Part shown: piece after piece, positions 9,635 through 20,191 of the stretch | Position numbering within the stretch: the stretch's first letter is position 1 | Layout of the letters: every line of letters begins with the position of its first letter | Origin: an uncultured virus (IMG/VR IMGVR_UViG_3300031912_000006) | Lineage: Duplodnaviria; Heunggongvirae; Uroviricota; Caudoviricetes | IMG/VR virus record: IMGVR_UViG_3300031912_000006 | Direction: 5' to 3' (one strand) | DNA: 64,000 bases | Translations under genes and position numbers: made by a program | Notes under the pieces: model-generated | What the model saw: the letters and a program-made list of their open reading frames with translations, nothing else | Told to the model about the DNA's origin: nothing | The model's database searches: none

Positions 9635-10956
9635 TATTGCGTCACAATCGTTGGCGGGTCAGCTTGAAGTTGAATCGTAGGCGTAGTACCAATTTTGATG
9701 GTGACGGAGCCTTGAACATCGCCAGCGTAGATGATTGGATCGTAGTCGTATGCGCCCTCTGGCTTGAGCGTTAGTTCACACGCGCCCTTCTCTTCATCGA
9801 CAGCAATGGCGAGTATCTTGTGCTGCTGGTTAACCAGTCCAACCCAAGGCATGTAGCCGCGCACATAGATTCGATCACCAACATCGTAGGTTCCGAACGG
9901 CGCGTTGGGATGTCCCATGTCTACGATGATGCTGTCCCAATACGATGGTGTCTGCCGGCGTGTGAGTTTGCGCTTCGACCACGCGGCCGCACGTTCGTTT
10001 GAGTTGACCCTTGCGTCATCCTGAGATATGCTGCGCCGGTAGCGATTTGGATCAGCATTGGTCAACGTCGCGCTGTACTCAGTACCAGGGAACCAGCCGT
10101 CAATGGTGATATCGCTGACCCAGTCGATTTGCGTCTCAATATGCGGTACGGCTTCCAGAACGTTTTCATTGATGGCGAATACGAGCCACTTCTGGTCTAC
10201 GCCTGCCCACGGATAGCCAAGGTATATCTGTTTATTGATGGCGCTGCGATCATCGTTCCACGCACTGAATTCGATGTAGTCGAATGGGATGTCACGCGCT
10301 AGCTTGTCGATGTGGTCGCCGCAGTCCTCTTTGTCTGTAGCTCTGATGAATTCAGCGAAGAAGTCCAGGTTCAGTATGTTGCCGTTGAAAGCGTAGCCGG
10401 GCAACATCTCTATGCCGCTGAGCGCAGGAGTGACGGTGACGCCAAGGTTGCCATTCGGGTAGCTCTGGAGGTGGTTCCATATCTTGTGAACGACTTCAAA
10501 CACGTCGCAGGCCAACGGATTCCAGTTTTCCAGCCACGGCATCTTCTTCGGGTAACCAGCGAAACCCTGTGATACTAAATGAGTTACGCCTGTCTTCTTG
10601 TCTACCTGAGATGGCTGTACGATACCACTAGCCCATATCTTCCGCTCCCCATAGATCATCTTCTCAACGTGAATCCAGTGGGACCACGGCTTGAAGAAGA
10701 TACCTGCGACTGACGTGTCGCGGTAGTCAACGTCAAATTCGATATTGCACGGACCATTAAGTGCGCGAAGCACTTTGGGCTTCGTGACTACTAAATCACG
10801 AGACACAATCGCGCCAGTGCGTGCTTCCTCAACGATGAATCGAAAGCGATCCATATCACCGCTGAGCGGTACAACAGGCTGCGTATTAGTGTCCTGTAGC
10901 TTTTGTACTGTCGCCGATAACGTACCGCCGCCAGAGAAGTCAGCATTGATGCTCAT
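9634..10956 (-). CDS. Minor tail / baseplate hub protein (start re-called at MSINADF)
   Basis: Second gene after the tape measure; ATGA overlap at 10953-10956. Confidence 0.75.
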   Translation of the reverse strand: MSINADFSGGGTLSATVQKLQDTNTQPVVPLSGDMDRFRFIVEEARTGAIVSRDLVVTKPKVLRALNGPCNIEFDVDYRDTSVAGIFFKPWSHWIHVEKMIYGERKIWASGIVQPSQVDKKTGVTHLVSQGFAGYPKKMPWLENWNPLACDVFEVVHKIWNHLQSYPNGNLGVTVTPALSGIEMLPGYAFNGNILNLDFFAEFIRATDKEDCGDHIDKLARDIPFDYIEFSAWNDDRSAINKQIYLGYPWAGVDQKWLVFAINENVLEAVPHIETQIDWVSDITIDGWFPGTEYSATLTNADPNRYRRSISQDDARVNSNERAAAWSKRKLTRRQTPSYWDSIIVDMGHPNAPFGTYDVGDRIYVRGYMPWVGLVNQQHKILAIAVDEEKGACELTLKPEGAYDYDPIIYAGDVQGSVTIKIGTTPTIQLQADPPTIVTQ

Positions 10957-12497
10957 ACGATGTTCCAAGCCTCTCGCCAATACAGGAACACCCTGGAGGA
11001 CATATCATTTGGGTCACCAGGCCCGCCAAAGGTCGTGAACGTAGCATCGTACGCAACCAAGTTGTTCAGCCCGACGCCGAAGCTGATATCTGTAATGCTA
11101 TCATCCTGATTCAGGATAAATCCTTGAGACCTGTTGGCTTCATTGATGATTCCGGTTGTATCCGGCCACGAGCCAACCTCCTGACCGTTGTACATTAGAT
11201 GGGCTGTCTTCTGCCCAGGATCGTACGCAATCGCCACCGTATCACCAGATACGATGCCAGGCGACGGCACCGCATACTCGAATTGGGTATCCATAGCAAT
11301 GTAATTGGTGCTTGTGACGATCCGCAGCCTATCGTTAGCCGTTGGTATGCCAAATTCTTCTTCAATGCCTATGGACTTATATATCTGTGCCCCAAGGAAA
11401 CTGCCGCAATCCGGTGCGCACATGATGAGGATGTTCGACGTACCGCGCCAGATGTCGGCTACTGTCGCTTGCGCGAATTGGCCTGCCGTTGTGTACTGGT
11501 GGTTGTTATCGACAACCGTCGTAATCCCAAACGGCGCAAAGAGATAACCACCGTTCTGTAGAGAGAAGCCCCACATTGGTGTTCCGGCTAGGACGTGCCA
11601 ATTGCCGCCAATGTTAAACGTGTCCATAAAGTCAGGGTTATCAACAACTCTCGTGTTTGGTAGCTCTGTCCACGTCGTGAGAGTCGTATCGGTCCAACGA
11701 CAAACGACAGGCACGCCTGATGGTATCTTCAGCTGATCAAGGTACTGCGACGAGCCGATAAGAGCAGCGCGCCAGTTAATGTTGTTGGTATCAACGATTC
11801 TGCGCATCCACGGATAACTACTCACTTCTACAACAGTATTCACTGCTATGTCGATACCTAGCTCAACCTGGACGTTGCCTATCGTGACTATTGGATGCTG
11901 TAGCGGTCCATAGAGCAAAAGACGGAACCAAGCTGAGGCATCGCCTCTGTCCCTGAAAATGATCTTCGGGTCAGTGTTGTAGCCAATCTCCGTGTACGTC
12001 TCAACATCCTCGTAAGCGTATGTGTCGGCCCGCCGAAACTCGCACTGTACGTCCACCCACTCCTGCTGCTCGACTGGGCCGTGCTGGAATTTGCCTGGGC
12101 GCCCATAGATTCGGCGCACAATGCCATCGTCGTCAGCGAACAGCAATGCCTTCATTGCGCCCCAAGTAACCCTGACGGTGTTGGCTTTCCACTCATTCGC
12201 CAACTGTCCCAACAGACTTCGTGACTTATACAGAAGTGACTCGTGTACGCTACCGCTGACATCTGTTGCTGACGCAGGTAAGTTCCCAAGCTCCCAGTTG
12301 TTAAGCACAGCCATCGTGAACACGATTGGCGCCGGCACGAGATTGTCTATGCCGAAACGGATTTCATCGCTGTGGAGTATCTGGAAGTCTTGGTTGTTAA
12401 CGTTCCACGGCTGAATCTCCAACTTAGACACAGGCATATTGGTGAAGTCGCCAAAGATCACGTTACCCAGTTGGTACTGATACGCTTTCAGAGTCAT
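10953..12497 (-). CDS. Distal tail (Dit-like) protein
   Basis: First gene after the tape measure; RRIYGRP motif and C-terminal WREAW. Confidence 0.75.
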   Translation of the reverse strand: MTLKAYQYQLGNVIFGDFTNMPVSKLEIQPWNVNNQDFQILHSDEIRFGIDNLVPAPIVFTMAVLNNWELGNLPASATDVSGSVHESLLYKSRSLLGQLANEWKANTVRVTWGAMKALLFADDDGIVRRIYGRPGKFQHGPVEQQEWVDVQCEFRRADTYAYEDVETYTEIGYNTDPKIIFRDRGDASAWFRLLLYGPLQHPIVTIGNVQVELGIDIAVNTVVEVSSYPWMRRIVDTNNINWRAALIGSSQYLDQLKIPSGVPVVCRWTDTTLTTWTELPNTRVVDNPDFMDTFNIGGNWHVLAGTPMWGFSLQNGGYLFAPFGITTVVDNNHQYTTAGQFAQATVADIWRGTSNILIMCAPDCGSFLGAQIYKSIGIEEEFGIPTANDRLRIVTSTNYIAMDTQFEYAVPSPGIVSGDTVAIAYDPGQKTAHLMYNGQEVGSWPDTTGIINEANRSQGFILNQDDSITDISFGVGLNNLVAYDATFTTFGGPGDPNDMSSRVFLYWREAWNIV

Positions 12498-15400
12498 TAG
12501 TCACTCCCTGCCGATACTGAAGCAACTTGCGGGGCACCAGTACTCGCAATCCACATCGAATTACTCATCATCTCTAACGGAGTCTGTTGTGACGGACCAG
12601 CATAGATATTCAGCTGTGTGTTGCGTACTTGTGGGCCTGGCCCAGCTGTGTACGCTCTGTTGAACGGCGTGCGAATTGTGTTCTTGTTCAACGGGTTATC
12701 TTCGCTGTACGTGTAAATCTCGCCTGTGTTGGTATTCAACAACATTCGTACGTTGCCGCTGAGCGGGCCAGTCGCTGCCCCGCCAAGCAGGAAACCTTCA
12801 AGTACACCAACGTATTTGCCAATCTCGTGGTAGACTTCAACGCCCAGCGAAATGCCTTCGTTGACCGCTCCCAGAGCTTCGCTCACAAGACCCGCAATCG
12901 CGCTCGCTGCACCTAGCGCGGCCGCAGCGCCACTCGCGCCACCACTCGGATCACCAGCCGCTCCCGCTCCGACGAACTTACTGGCCTCTCCAAGGATATC
13001 AGCGGTTGTCTTCGCCACGTCTGCAGCGGTTTTGATGTATTGCTGAATGTCGCCAATGATTTTGACGATGTCCTCTGTGTTCTTGATACCACGCACGAGC
13101 GTGTCTGTGATATCTTGTGTTGCCCCAATGGATTTGATGAAGTCTTCAATGTTCGTAAATATGTCTGCGCCGATTGTACCAGCGGCAGACATGATCATCG
13201 TCGCTTGGTCAGCTGGCGATTGGGTCTGCGTCGGCAGGTTCTCGCCACTAGGCCCAACGAACGAAACACCAGGTGGCGCTTGGTAGTTGGGGAAGTAAGT
13301 TGGGTTGGGCGGCAACAGATTTGGCTGACCAGGCTGGAGACTTGGTGCAGCAGAACCAGGTACGGCTGCCACAGGCGGCCCAGCAGGAGGTCCACCGGGC
13401 TGACCGGGACCAGGTGCCGCGTAATAGATCGGCGGTACTTCGTCTGGAATCCCATGTGCGCGACGAACATCCATTGGGATAGGCTGGCTCATGTCCCAGC
13501 CCTGCGGCGGCTGGCTTATCCACTTACCCGCATCCATTGGGTTAGCTGGTGGTGGAGCAGGACCACCTGGCGCTGGCGCTTTCGGTGCTGGTGCTTGCGG
13601 CGGCATTGGTTGATCGAAGCTAGTCAGATTAACCTGTGGGCCTAAGAACGGCGTTGCTCCCCTTACGCCTGCTGCCGGCTGAGCCGCGATTAGCCCTTGG
13701 TTTTGTGATAGCCTAAGTGCCTCTTCTGTGGTTATCGAATATACACTTGCCTGACCAGTTTTCGGGTCTGTGACGCCTGGGTCACGGATGATGACTCTGT
13801 TGGTTTGAGGATCGTAGCCTTGAACAACAACGAAGTGTTCAATCTGGCCACCTTGCTCAAAACTGCCTATAGGTCCACCCTGTGCGCCGCGAATTGGACC
13901 TGGTGCGTTGTAGTTCAATATTGGTGCAAAGCCAGCATTTACAGACGTTTGGATAGCACTCATCAATGCTTGCGGAGTACTGCCGGCAGATGGTGTAAAT
14001 CTGTAATTAGCTGTAGGCGCATACTTATTGAGCAAGTTCGTGTACGTCTGTGGCCCTTGGCCAGTACCATACGCAGCACTGAACATGTCCTCAATTTGCT
14101 TCGCGCCTTGACCACCAAACTGTGCATCTCCTTGTAGCACAATACGAGCCGACGCAGGTCCACAGTCAATACTGTTTGTTTGCACCGTAACTTTGTCGCC
14201 CAAGTTCAGCTGTACCGGACCACCACCCGTGGGCGGGCCACCAACAGGTCCAGCAGCAGGTCCACCAGGCGGTGGAGGGGGTGGTGGAGGCTTGATACCT
14301 GGAATAGGTTGCTTACTTGAATCTAGAACCTTACCACCAGGGAACCGCTTAAGCATCTCATCAACATTGGCGCCATCAGGAATCAAAACGATTTTGCCGT
14401 CTGCGGTTTGGATGAACTTGCCCTGCGTGTAGTCTACAGTTGGCTCTTGGCCCGTAGCTACCGGGCCAGCCCTACCGGGTTGCGATGGCGCGGGTCCAGG
14501 CGGTGGAGGAGCAGGAGCAGGAGCAGCCGCGCCTGGCGCAGGGCCACCGGGTTTAGCAGGCGGCAAATTCTTGTATGCTTCCTGAACGGCTTTTGCGTAA
14601 GCGTCAGTTGACATGAACTGGCCTTCAGGATATTTGTTACCCTGCCAGTCAGTCGTTGGGCTATAGCCCTCCATGTCGAGAAGCCAACGAGCATATGCCC
14701 CAGGGTCAGTCACATTGCCTTGAGCATCCGTGCCGCCTACCGGAGCACCAGCAGGAGTCGCTGCACCACCAGTAGATGATTTGAATCCACTGGCTTGGCG
14801 ATTGTTCCACATCTTCCTGAAGCCACCGACGTGAGCCGCGATACCTGGCCCAGTTTGATTGTCGGTCATGCCCATAATGGATTCTGGGTGTGCCCAGTTG
14901 CCAGTCTCTACCTTGTTGAGGGCAATAAGTCCAACAATCTGACTATCGTTAAATCCAGCTGCCTTAAGGGCATTCGCCAACTCTAAGTCTTGGCCCGTGT
15001 AATTTGGCGTACCTGCAGCAGGAGCGGCTGGCGCTGCGGGCGCTGCTGGCGCAGGCGCGGCAGGAGCAGGCGCTGCCGGCGCTGGGGCAGCTGGTGCTGG
15101 TGGCGCTGGTGCAGGCGCTGCTGGGCCAGGGCCAGCTGGAGCAGCCGGGGCAGGGCCACCTGGAGCTACGTTTTGACCTTGCGGACCAACCTGCGGAACG
15201 TCGCCTGCTTGCTCTTGTGGGCCGGCACCTGGACCACCAGGTAGCTTCTCTCCCCATGGAAGTGGCGCATGACCTGGCTCTTGTACCTGTGGAACGCCAT
15301 AGACTTGCTCTTGCGGAGTTAGTGGCCTACCGAAGAAGCCACCAGGCCGCGTCATTGGATTGTCGCCGCGATTCCACAGCGACGCAACAATTTTCGCGCC

Positions 15401-18148
15401 ATCCATCATGATGTTGCCGATATGCAAGGCAAGGTTGAAAGCATGCTGGAAGATGTTCTTCCAAGCCTCCATATCGGTCGTCAGCCAAGTGATCCATTGA
15501 TCGAAGCCGGAAGTGCCTTGGACCTGCCCGCCCGACGTACCTGTACCACCAGCGCTGCTGAAACCCATTCCGGTAGTTGATACTCCACCAGATGTCGTTG
15601 TGCCGCCTTGAGCGCCGCTAGCAGCTGCCCCTGCCATGCCCGACGCTGCGTCTGTAACTGCTGGCGTACCTTCCGTTATGCCTCTGGCGTAGTTGGTAGC
15701 GAACGCCGCACCCATGGAGTCTGGTGAATCATCATGCAGTGGACCAAGTTTCGCAGGCGAACTGGTCTTGCCATGATCTCGCGCTATACCGAACAAGTCA
15801 TAAACGGCATCGCGCATACTGCCGAACATGGAACGTATGCCGTCGATGATGCTCTGGACGAGATGCTTACCCCAGTCGAAAGCCTCATCCCACCAATGAG
15901 ATACGGCTTCTTTCACCGTATTCCATGCGCCTGTGAACGCATCGCCAATACCGCCGAAGAATCTGACGATTGCGTCCCATGCTGCTTTGACTGCGTTTAC
16001 AACAGTATCCCATATCTGGACAAACTCATTGCCAAGCCACGAAGCCCACTGCTTCATGGTCTCCCAGACCTCGCCCATCACACGTTTGATTGTGTCCCAA
16101 TGGGTTACGACTTCGTAGATGACAACGCCGAGAACAACAAGTACAGCAACAACTGCGAGAATGATCAAAATCAGCGGGCCTAAAGCAATGTCGAGCGCAG
16201 CCGCTGCCGCCGTTAGGCCACCTAGAATTGTCGTAACTATGCCGATGCCGCTAGCCAGCGTGCCTAGTATGTTGCCCAGAGCTACCAACGCAACGGTAAT
16301 ACCGAGTATCCACTTCAATTCCGTTGGCGTCAAATGACTTAGGAATGTACCAATGGCCTCTGCGACTGTCTTTAGTGTCGGCGCAAGGTCTTTCAGGATT
16401 TGGGCGAAGTCTCTGAACAGAGTTGGTAGCGCTGGCCCCACAGATTGTACGATTGTAACTAACGCTTGCCCTAGCGTTGTCAGTATCTCACCGAGTGCCG
16501 GCCCAGACGCAATCAAGGCCTGCCCCAACACGTTTAGTGCTTGACCTAGACTTTGGAAGAACGAATTGATGCCAGGCCCCATGCTGGCGCCAAGGTTCAT
16601 CAGGTTCGTAAATAGCTGACCGAGAGCAGTAGCGACTGTGTGAAGTACTGGCGTAAGTGCTACGGCCGCAGCGTGAGCCGCCTTGAAGAACTCAGTAAGC
16701 GTCTGCTGGCCTTCTGCGCTTGCCGTCCACTTGTTGAACTCAACAGCTATCTGCTGGAGCGTCTGTAAGAAGCCACCGCCAAACTGACTGGCAATACTGG
16801 AGATATTGGCTATGCCTTCGCCAAAGTTCTTGATAGCACTGAAAAGTTGGCCAAAGCCATCAATGGCGCTCTGTATCCATTGCTGTAGCTTGCCGGACTG
16901 CGCCGCGGCCTGTATCCATTGATTAAACTCATTGGCTATCTTGACGATTGAAGCGCTGATCTGCGGAAGGAATTGGGAGCCAACAACTCCGAGCGTCCTG
17001 AACGCTTCCATAACCGGCTGGATGGCGGGCAACAGCCCTCGCATCGCCGAAGTTATGTTGGTTACAAAGGTGTTCATGGCTTGTAGCGTGCCGCTAGTCG
17101 TCATGAACTGTAGTATTTGGTGCATCGCTTGCCCGAATACCGCGCCAATCTGCTGACCGGCATGCATCAGCAGCGGTAGCCAAGTTTGAATGAGCGGTCG
17201 AATATCGTCAACGATTGGGGCAAACAAGGATTGCTGAACTTCTCGCATAGCACCGCGATACGAATCAGTGAAGTGCGAGAGAGTGATCATGACTTGCTGT
17301 GCGGCAGGAGCTAATTGGCGTATCGCTACAGCAAACTTCGCAGGATCATCCATGGACTTGAGAGCATCCATAATACCATGCATGCCAACGGCCAACGTAC
17401 CCAAAGCAAGTCCACCAGCACCAGCTGCGGCCGGCAGTAAGGCGATAGCGCCGGATAGCTGTACGATGGCCGCCGTAACGCCCGCTATGGTCTGAATGCC
17501 GCCACCGCCGAGTAGACCTAGTAACCCGCCAGCGGCACCCACTCCGCCAACCATAGCAAGGGATTTGAGCGCCGTACCGAGTACGTTAGTCAGCGTGTGC
17601 GCAACCCGTTCGACAACACCGTTGATCTTCTCCAAGTCATTGGCGAAGTTCTTCAAGTGCTGAGAAGCTGTCTGAGTATCCTGTGTGAAGTTTCGGATAT
17701 GAGCACGCGCATCTTCGACGGCACGATTGAGACGAGCATAGCTTTGAACAGCGCGCTCGTGTAGCTTGTTTTCTTCTTCCTGTGCTAAGGCGTATTTCCG
17801 CTTAAACTCCATGAGTTCAGTGAGCGGCTTCTTGTCTGTGAACGCTTTGGTCCACTCTTCATGAATCTTGGTGCTACGCTGAGCCGCTTGCTGATACTCT
17901 TGGTGAAATTGGTTGTACTGCTTGTTGAGGTCTTGGATCGCGGTCTTGTGTTTGTAGGCAGCTTGTCCTACACGACCGTGCTGCTGTTCGGTTTTGTTGA
18001 GAGCTTCGGTTACTTCGCTGAGATGCCCGCTGAGAGTTTTACTTTCAGCATCGACAGCTGCCATACTAGCAGCAGCTTCATCCGCTCCGCGAGTATCGGC
18101 GGTGATGATGATTTCGCCATGTGCACGACCAAGATCATAATCAGGCAT
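12497..18148 (-). CDS. Tape measure protein with lysozyme-like and C39-peptidase-like domains
   Basis: 1883 aa; N-terminal YDLGRAHGEI, long Ala/Gly/Leu helical region; follows the tail chaperones. Confidence 0.92.
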   Translation of the reverse strand: MPDYDLGRAHGEIIITADTRGADEAAASMAAVDAESKTLSGHLSEVTEALNKTEQQHGRVGQAAYKHKTAIQDLNKQYNQFHQEYQQAAQRSTKIHEEWTKAFTDKKPLTELMEFKRKYALAQEEENKLHERAVQSYARLNRAVEDARAHIRNFTQDTQTASQHLKNFANDLEKINGVVERVAHTLTNVLGTALKSLAMVGGVGAAGGLLGLLGGGGIQTIAGVTAAIVQLSGAIALLPAAAGAGGLALGTLAVGMHGIMDALKSMDDPAKFAVAIRQLAPAAQQVMITLSHFTDSYRGAMREVQQSLFAPIVDDIRPLIQTWLPLLMHAGQQIGAVFGQAMHQILQFMTTSGTLQAMNTFVTNITSAMRGLLPAIQPVMEAFRTLGVVGSQFLPQISASIVKIANEFNQWIQAAAQSGKLQQWIQSAIDGFGQLFSAIKNFGEGIANISSIASQFGGGFLQTLQQIAVEFNKWTASAEGQQTLTEFFKAAHAAAVALTPVLHTVATALGQLFTNLMNLGASMGPGINSFFQSLGQALNVLGQALIASGPALGEILTTLGQALVTIVQSVGPALPTLFRDFAQILKDLAPTLKTVAEAIGTFLSHLTPTELKWILGITVALVALGNILGTLASGIGIVTTILGGLTAAAAALDIALGPLILIILAVVAVLVVLGVVIYEVVTHWDTIKRVMGEVWETMKQWASWLGNEFVQIWDTVVNAVKAAWDAIVRFFGGIGDAFTGAWNTVKEAVSHWWDEAFDWGKHLVQSIIDGIRSMFGSMRDAVYDLFGIARDHGKTSSPAKLGPLHDDSPDSMGAAFATNYARGITEGTPAVTDAASGMAGAAASGAQGGTTTSGGVSTTGMGFSSAGGTGTSGGQVQGTSGFDQWITWLTTDMEAWKNIFQHAFNLALHIGNIMMDGAKIVASLWNRGDNPMTRPGGFFGRPLTPQEQVYGVPQVQEPGHAPLPWGEKLPGGPGAGPQEQAGDVPQVGPQGQNVAPGGPAPAAPAGPGPAAPAPAPPAPAAPAPAAPAPAAPAPAAPAAPAAPAAGTPNYTGQDLELANALKAAGFNDSQIVGLIALNKVETGNWAHPESIMGMTDNQTGPGIAAHVGGFRKMWNNRQASGFKSSTGGAATPAGAPVGGTDAQGNVTDPGAYARWLLDMEGYSPTTDWQGNKYPEGQFMSTDAYAKAVQEAYKNLPPAKPGGPAPGAAAPAPAPPPPGPAPSQPGRAGPVATGQEPTVDYTQGKFIQTADGKIVLIPDGANVDEMLKRFPGGKVLDSSKQPIPGIKPPPPPPPPGGPAAGPVGGPPTGGGPVQLNLGDKVTVQTNSIDCGPASARIVLQGDAQFGGQGAKQIEDMFSAAYGTGQGPQTYTNLLNKYAPTANYRFTPSAGSTPQALMSAIQTSVNAGFAPILNYNAPGPIRGAQGGPIGSFEQGGQIEHFVVVQGYDPQTNRVIIRDPGVTDPKTGQASVYSITTEEALRLSQNQGLIAAQPAAGVRGATPFLGPQVNLTSFDQPMPPQAPAPKAPAPGGPAPPPANPMDAGKWISQPPQGWDMSQPIPMDVRRAHGIPDEVPPIYYAAPGPGQPGGPPAGPPVAAVPGSAAPSLQPGQPNLLPPNPTYFPNYQAPPGVSFVGPSGENLPTQTQSPADQATMIMSAAGTIGADIFTNIEDFIKSIGATQDITDTLVRGIKNTEDIVKIIGDIQQYIKTAADVAKTTADILGEASKFVGAGAAGDPSGGASGAAAALGAASAIAGLVSEALGAVNEGISLGVEVYHEIGKYVGVLEGFLLGGAATGPLSGNVRMLLNTNTGEIYTYSEDNPLNKNTIRTPFNRAYTAGPGPQVRNTQLNIYAGPSQQTPLEMMSNSMWIASTGAPQVASVSAGSD

Positions 18149-18498
18149 CAGTACCCACTAGCCAGAATTTCACCATCGTCTGGATTGTCTTCGCCACGCC
18201 TAATGACGCCTCCACCACCACTGACGAATGGATCAGCATATCCTGCAGTGGATTTCGTCATATCGTCGCCCATACATTCAGCGAAGGCACGGAGCCGGTG
18301 GGAACGTGCAAATGCCTCATTTTGGGCACCTTCAGAGGCCTGTTCCATCATACCTTCTACATAGCGACCAAAGCGAAATATCCCTCTATCAAACAGAATT
18401 GATGCTGCACCTGCTACTCCATATAGATCACTGGGCGGTCGGCTGTAGGCTTGGCTCATCTGCCAAGCCTCCCAAGCTTTCCGTTTGTTGCCAAACAC
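18148..18498 (-). CDS. Tail assembly chaperone, second ORF (gpT-like)
   Basis: Overlaps the first chaperone in the +1 frame; lies immediately upstream of the tape measure. Confidence 0.75.
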   Translation of the reverse strand: MFGNKRKAWEAWQMSQAYSRPPSDLYGVAGAASILFDRGIFRFGRYVEGMMEQASEGAQNEAFARSHRLRAFAECMGDDMTKSTAGYADPFVSGGGGVIRRGEDNPDDGEILASGY

Positions 18499-19078
18499 TT
18501 TTTAACTCGTCCATCGACCGCCCAAAGGCAGCGCCGAACAAGTACATACGCTCAGCCATACCGATATCATCGACATGAACTGTTGCTGTGAAGTCTGGGT
18601 CCTCCCAATCCTCTTCTGTCCCATAGTTTGTCTGCTCTGGGTCATCTGTGACCCTGGGACGGATGGTAGCAGCCATCACGACTTTGTCGATTGCGACGAA
18701 CATGTCGTTGATCGCTTCGGGATGTTCCTTCAGCGTCTCACGAATCTTCTCATCACGCTGATTGTCGTCAATCGTGTTGTCGAACAAGATGGGTGTGAAT
18801 GTATCCAGATACTCCATTAAACCCAAGCGTAGCAAGTCATCTCGCTCAAACCGCATCATGCGAGCCGTCTGCCCGCTAGGCAACGTGACATCGAACTCAA
18901 CACGTTGCTTACGGCGCCAACCTGTTGGCGCGTATGGGTTTACAGGCTTCGTGATCTGCTCAGAGCTAGGCGGCGTTGGCAACGTAGGCGCCACCGGCTT
19001 GCCTGAAAGATCAGGCGGTCGCACATCTTCGGGCCTGGGCTGGTACTCTTGTGCTTTACCCACACTAATGTCGGTCAT
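18428..19078 (-). CDS. Tail assembly chaperone (gpG-like)
   Basis: Between major tail and tape measure; VTLPSGQ motif. Confidence 0.8.
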   Translation of the reverse strand: MTDISVGKAQEYQPRPEDVRPPDLSGKPVAPTLPTPPSSEQITKPVNPYAPTGWRRKQRVEFDVTLPSGQTARMMRFERDDLLRLGLMEYLDTFTPILFDNTIDDNQRDEKIRETLKEHPEAINDMFVAIDKVVMAATIRPRVTDDPEQTNYGTEEDWEDPDFTATVHVDDIGMAERMYLFGAAFGRSMDELKSVWQQTESLGGLADEPSLQPTAQ

Positions 19079-19118
19079 ATTGGTCTCCTTGGACTCGTTG
19101 TGCCGTTATTGAGATGTA

Positions 19119-19976
19119 CTACTTCGTCAAAACGCTGATCGGAGTGCTGAATTCGCCTGTGACAGAACCAACAACAGCGGCAACCGCAAACTGGTAGTTC
19201 GTAGCTGTCGTCAAGGCAGTAACTGTCGTCATGTTGGTCGTTGGGCTACCGCCGTTTGGCACGGTGACTAGCGTCCACGTTACACCGTTGTCGATGCTCT
19301 GGTTGATTTCATAGCTATCGGCGACACCGACAGCGTCCCAAGCCAAATCAACAGTCGTAGCAGTAACAGCCTGCGGCGACAAATTCATGGGAATGGGAAT
19401 CGGGTTGCCTTCAGGCGACATTGACAACGGGAAGTCCGACTCATTGCGGATGATCTCGTACAGCCAGCGGCCTTCATCACCCTGCATCGGAAGTCCAACG
19501 CCGTCAATACGACTCGTCTGGAACGCGCCACCGCGTTGATCTGCCTGAAGGCGACCGTTTGCCTTGCAGCGATAGATGCGAGCGACGATGTTACCACCGC
19601 TGTCGGAGATAACCCGCCCATCAATGCGGAAGTATGGGCGAAGGTCGTTGCCGGACTTGCGGAGTCGGGTCACACGGTTTGGCGCTGTGCCCTCTTCAAT
19701 CACCATGGCGCCGCTGATGATTGACCACGGAGTGATGGGGAGACCACCAGACTCCAGGCTCCAGTCCACCTGCGGCCCACGACCGTGGACGGCCACGAGG
19801 ATGTCATCACCACGTAGCTCGTCGTACTGCTCGGTTTCAGAGAAGCCAAGCGTCATCGCAACGGGCAGTGGGTAACTGACGTCGGCCAGCTGCGTACCTT
19901 GCGCATCCAGATACGGCGTCAATACGATCTGACGAATACCATACGGTAGTGCGTCAGGAACAGCAAGACCTGTCAT
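19119..19976 (-). CDS. Major tail (tube) protein with C-terminal fibronectin-III domain
   Basis: LPYGIRQ...ELRGDD core; TATTVDLAWDAV...YQFAVAAV FN3 tail. Confidence 0.85.
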   Translation of the reverse strand: MTGLAVPDALPYGIRQIVLTPYLDAQGTQLADVSYPLPVAMTLGFSETEQYDELRGDDILVAVHGRGPQVDWSLESGGLPITPWSIISGAMVIEEGTAPNRVTRLRKSGNDLRPYFRIDGRVISDSGGNIVARIYRCKANGRLQADQRGGAFQTSRIDGVGLPMQGDEGRWLYEIIRNESDFPLSMSPEGNPIPIPMNLSPQAVTATTVDLAWDAVGVADSYEINQSIDNGVTWTLVTVPNGGSPTTNMTTVTALTTATNYQFAVAAVVGSVTGEFSTPISVLTK

Positions 19977-20191
19977 GTTTTTGATCCTCTCTTGACTGGG
20001 TCCTTGTAATAGTTGGTTCTAACTAGGTCACCGGTCACTGGATCGTACAGGTGAAACACGCTGACGTCCTTGCCTTGGGTGCATCTCCAATGCCTGCATT
20101 TGATTTCGATCAGGCCATCTTTCAGTATTGCGTGAAGCGTGCCGGGGCAACGCAATTCGATTGCGTCTGGTTGCATTGCCGGCTGCGACAC
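19973..20191 (-). CDS. Small Com-like Zn-ribbon protein
   Basis: ELRC...IEIKCRHWRC motif. Confidence 0.6.
   Translation of the reverse strand: MSQPAMQPDAIELRCPGTLHAILKDGLIEIKCRHWRCTQGKDVSVFHLYDPVTGDLVRTNYYKDPVKRGSKT

Noticed and set aside
15010..15160. GC-rich short tandem repeats
   Set aside because: They encode the APAPAAP linker of the tape measure protein.
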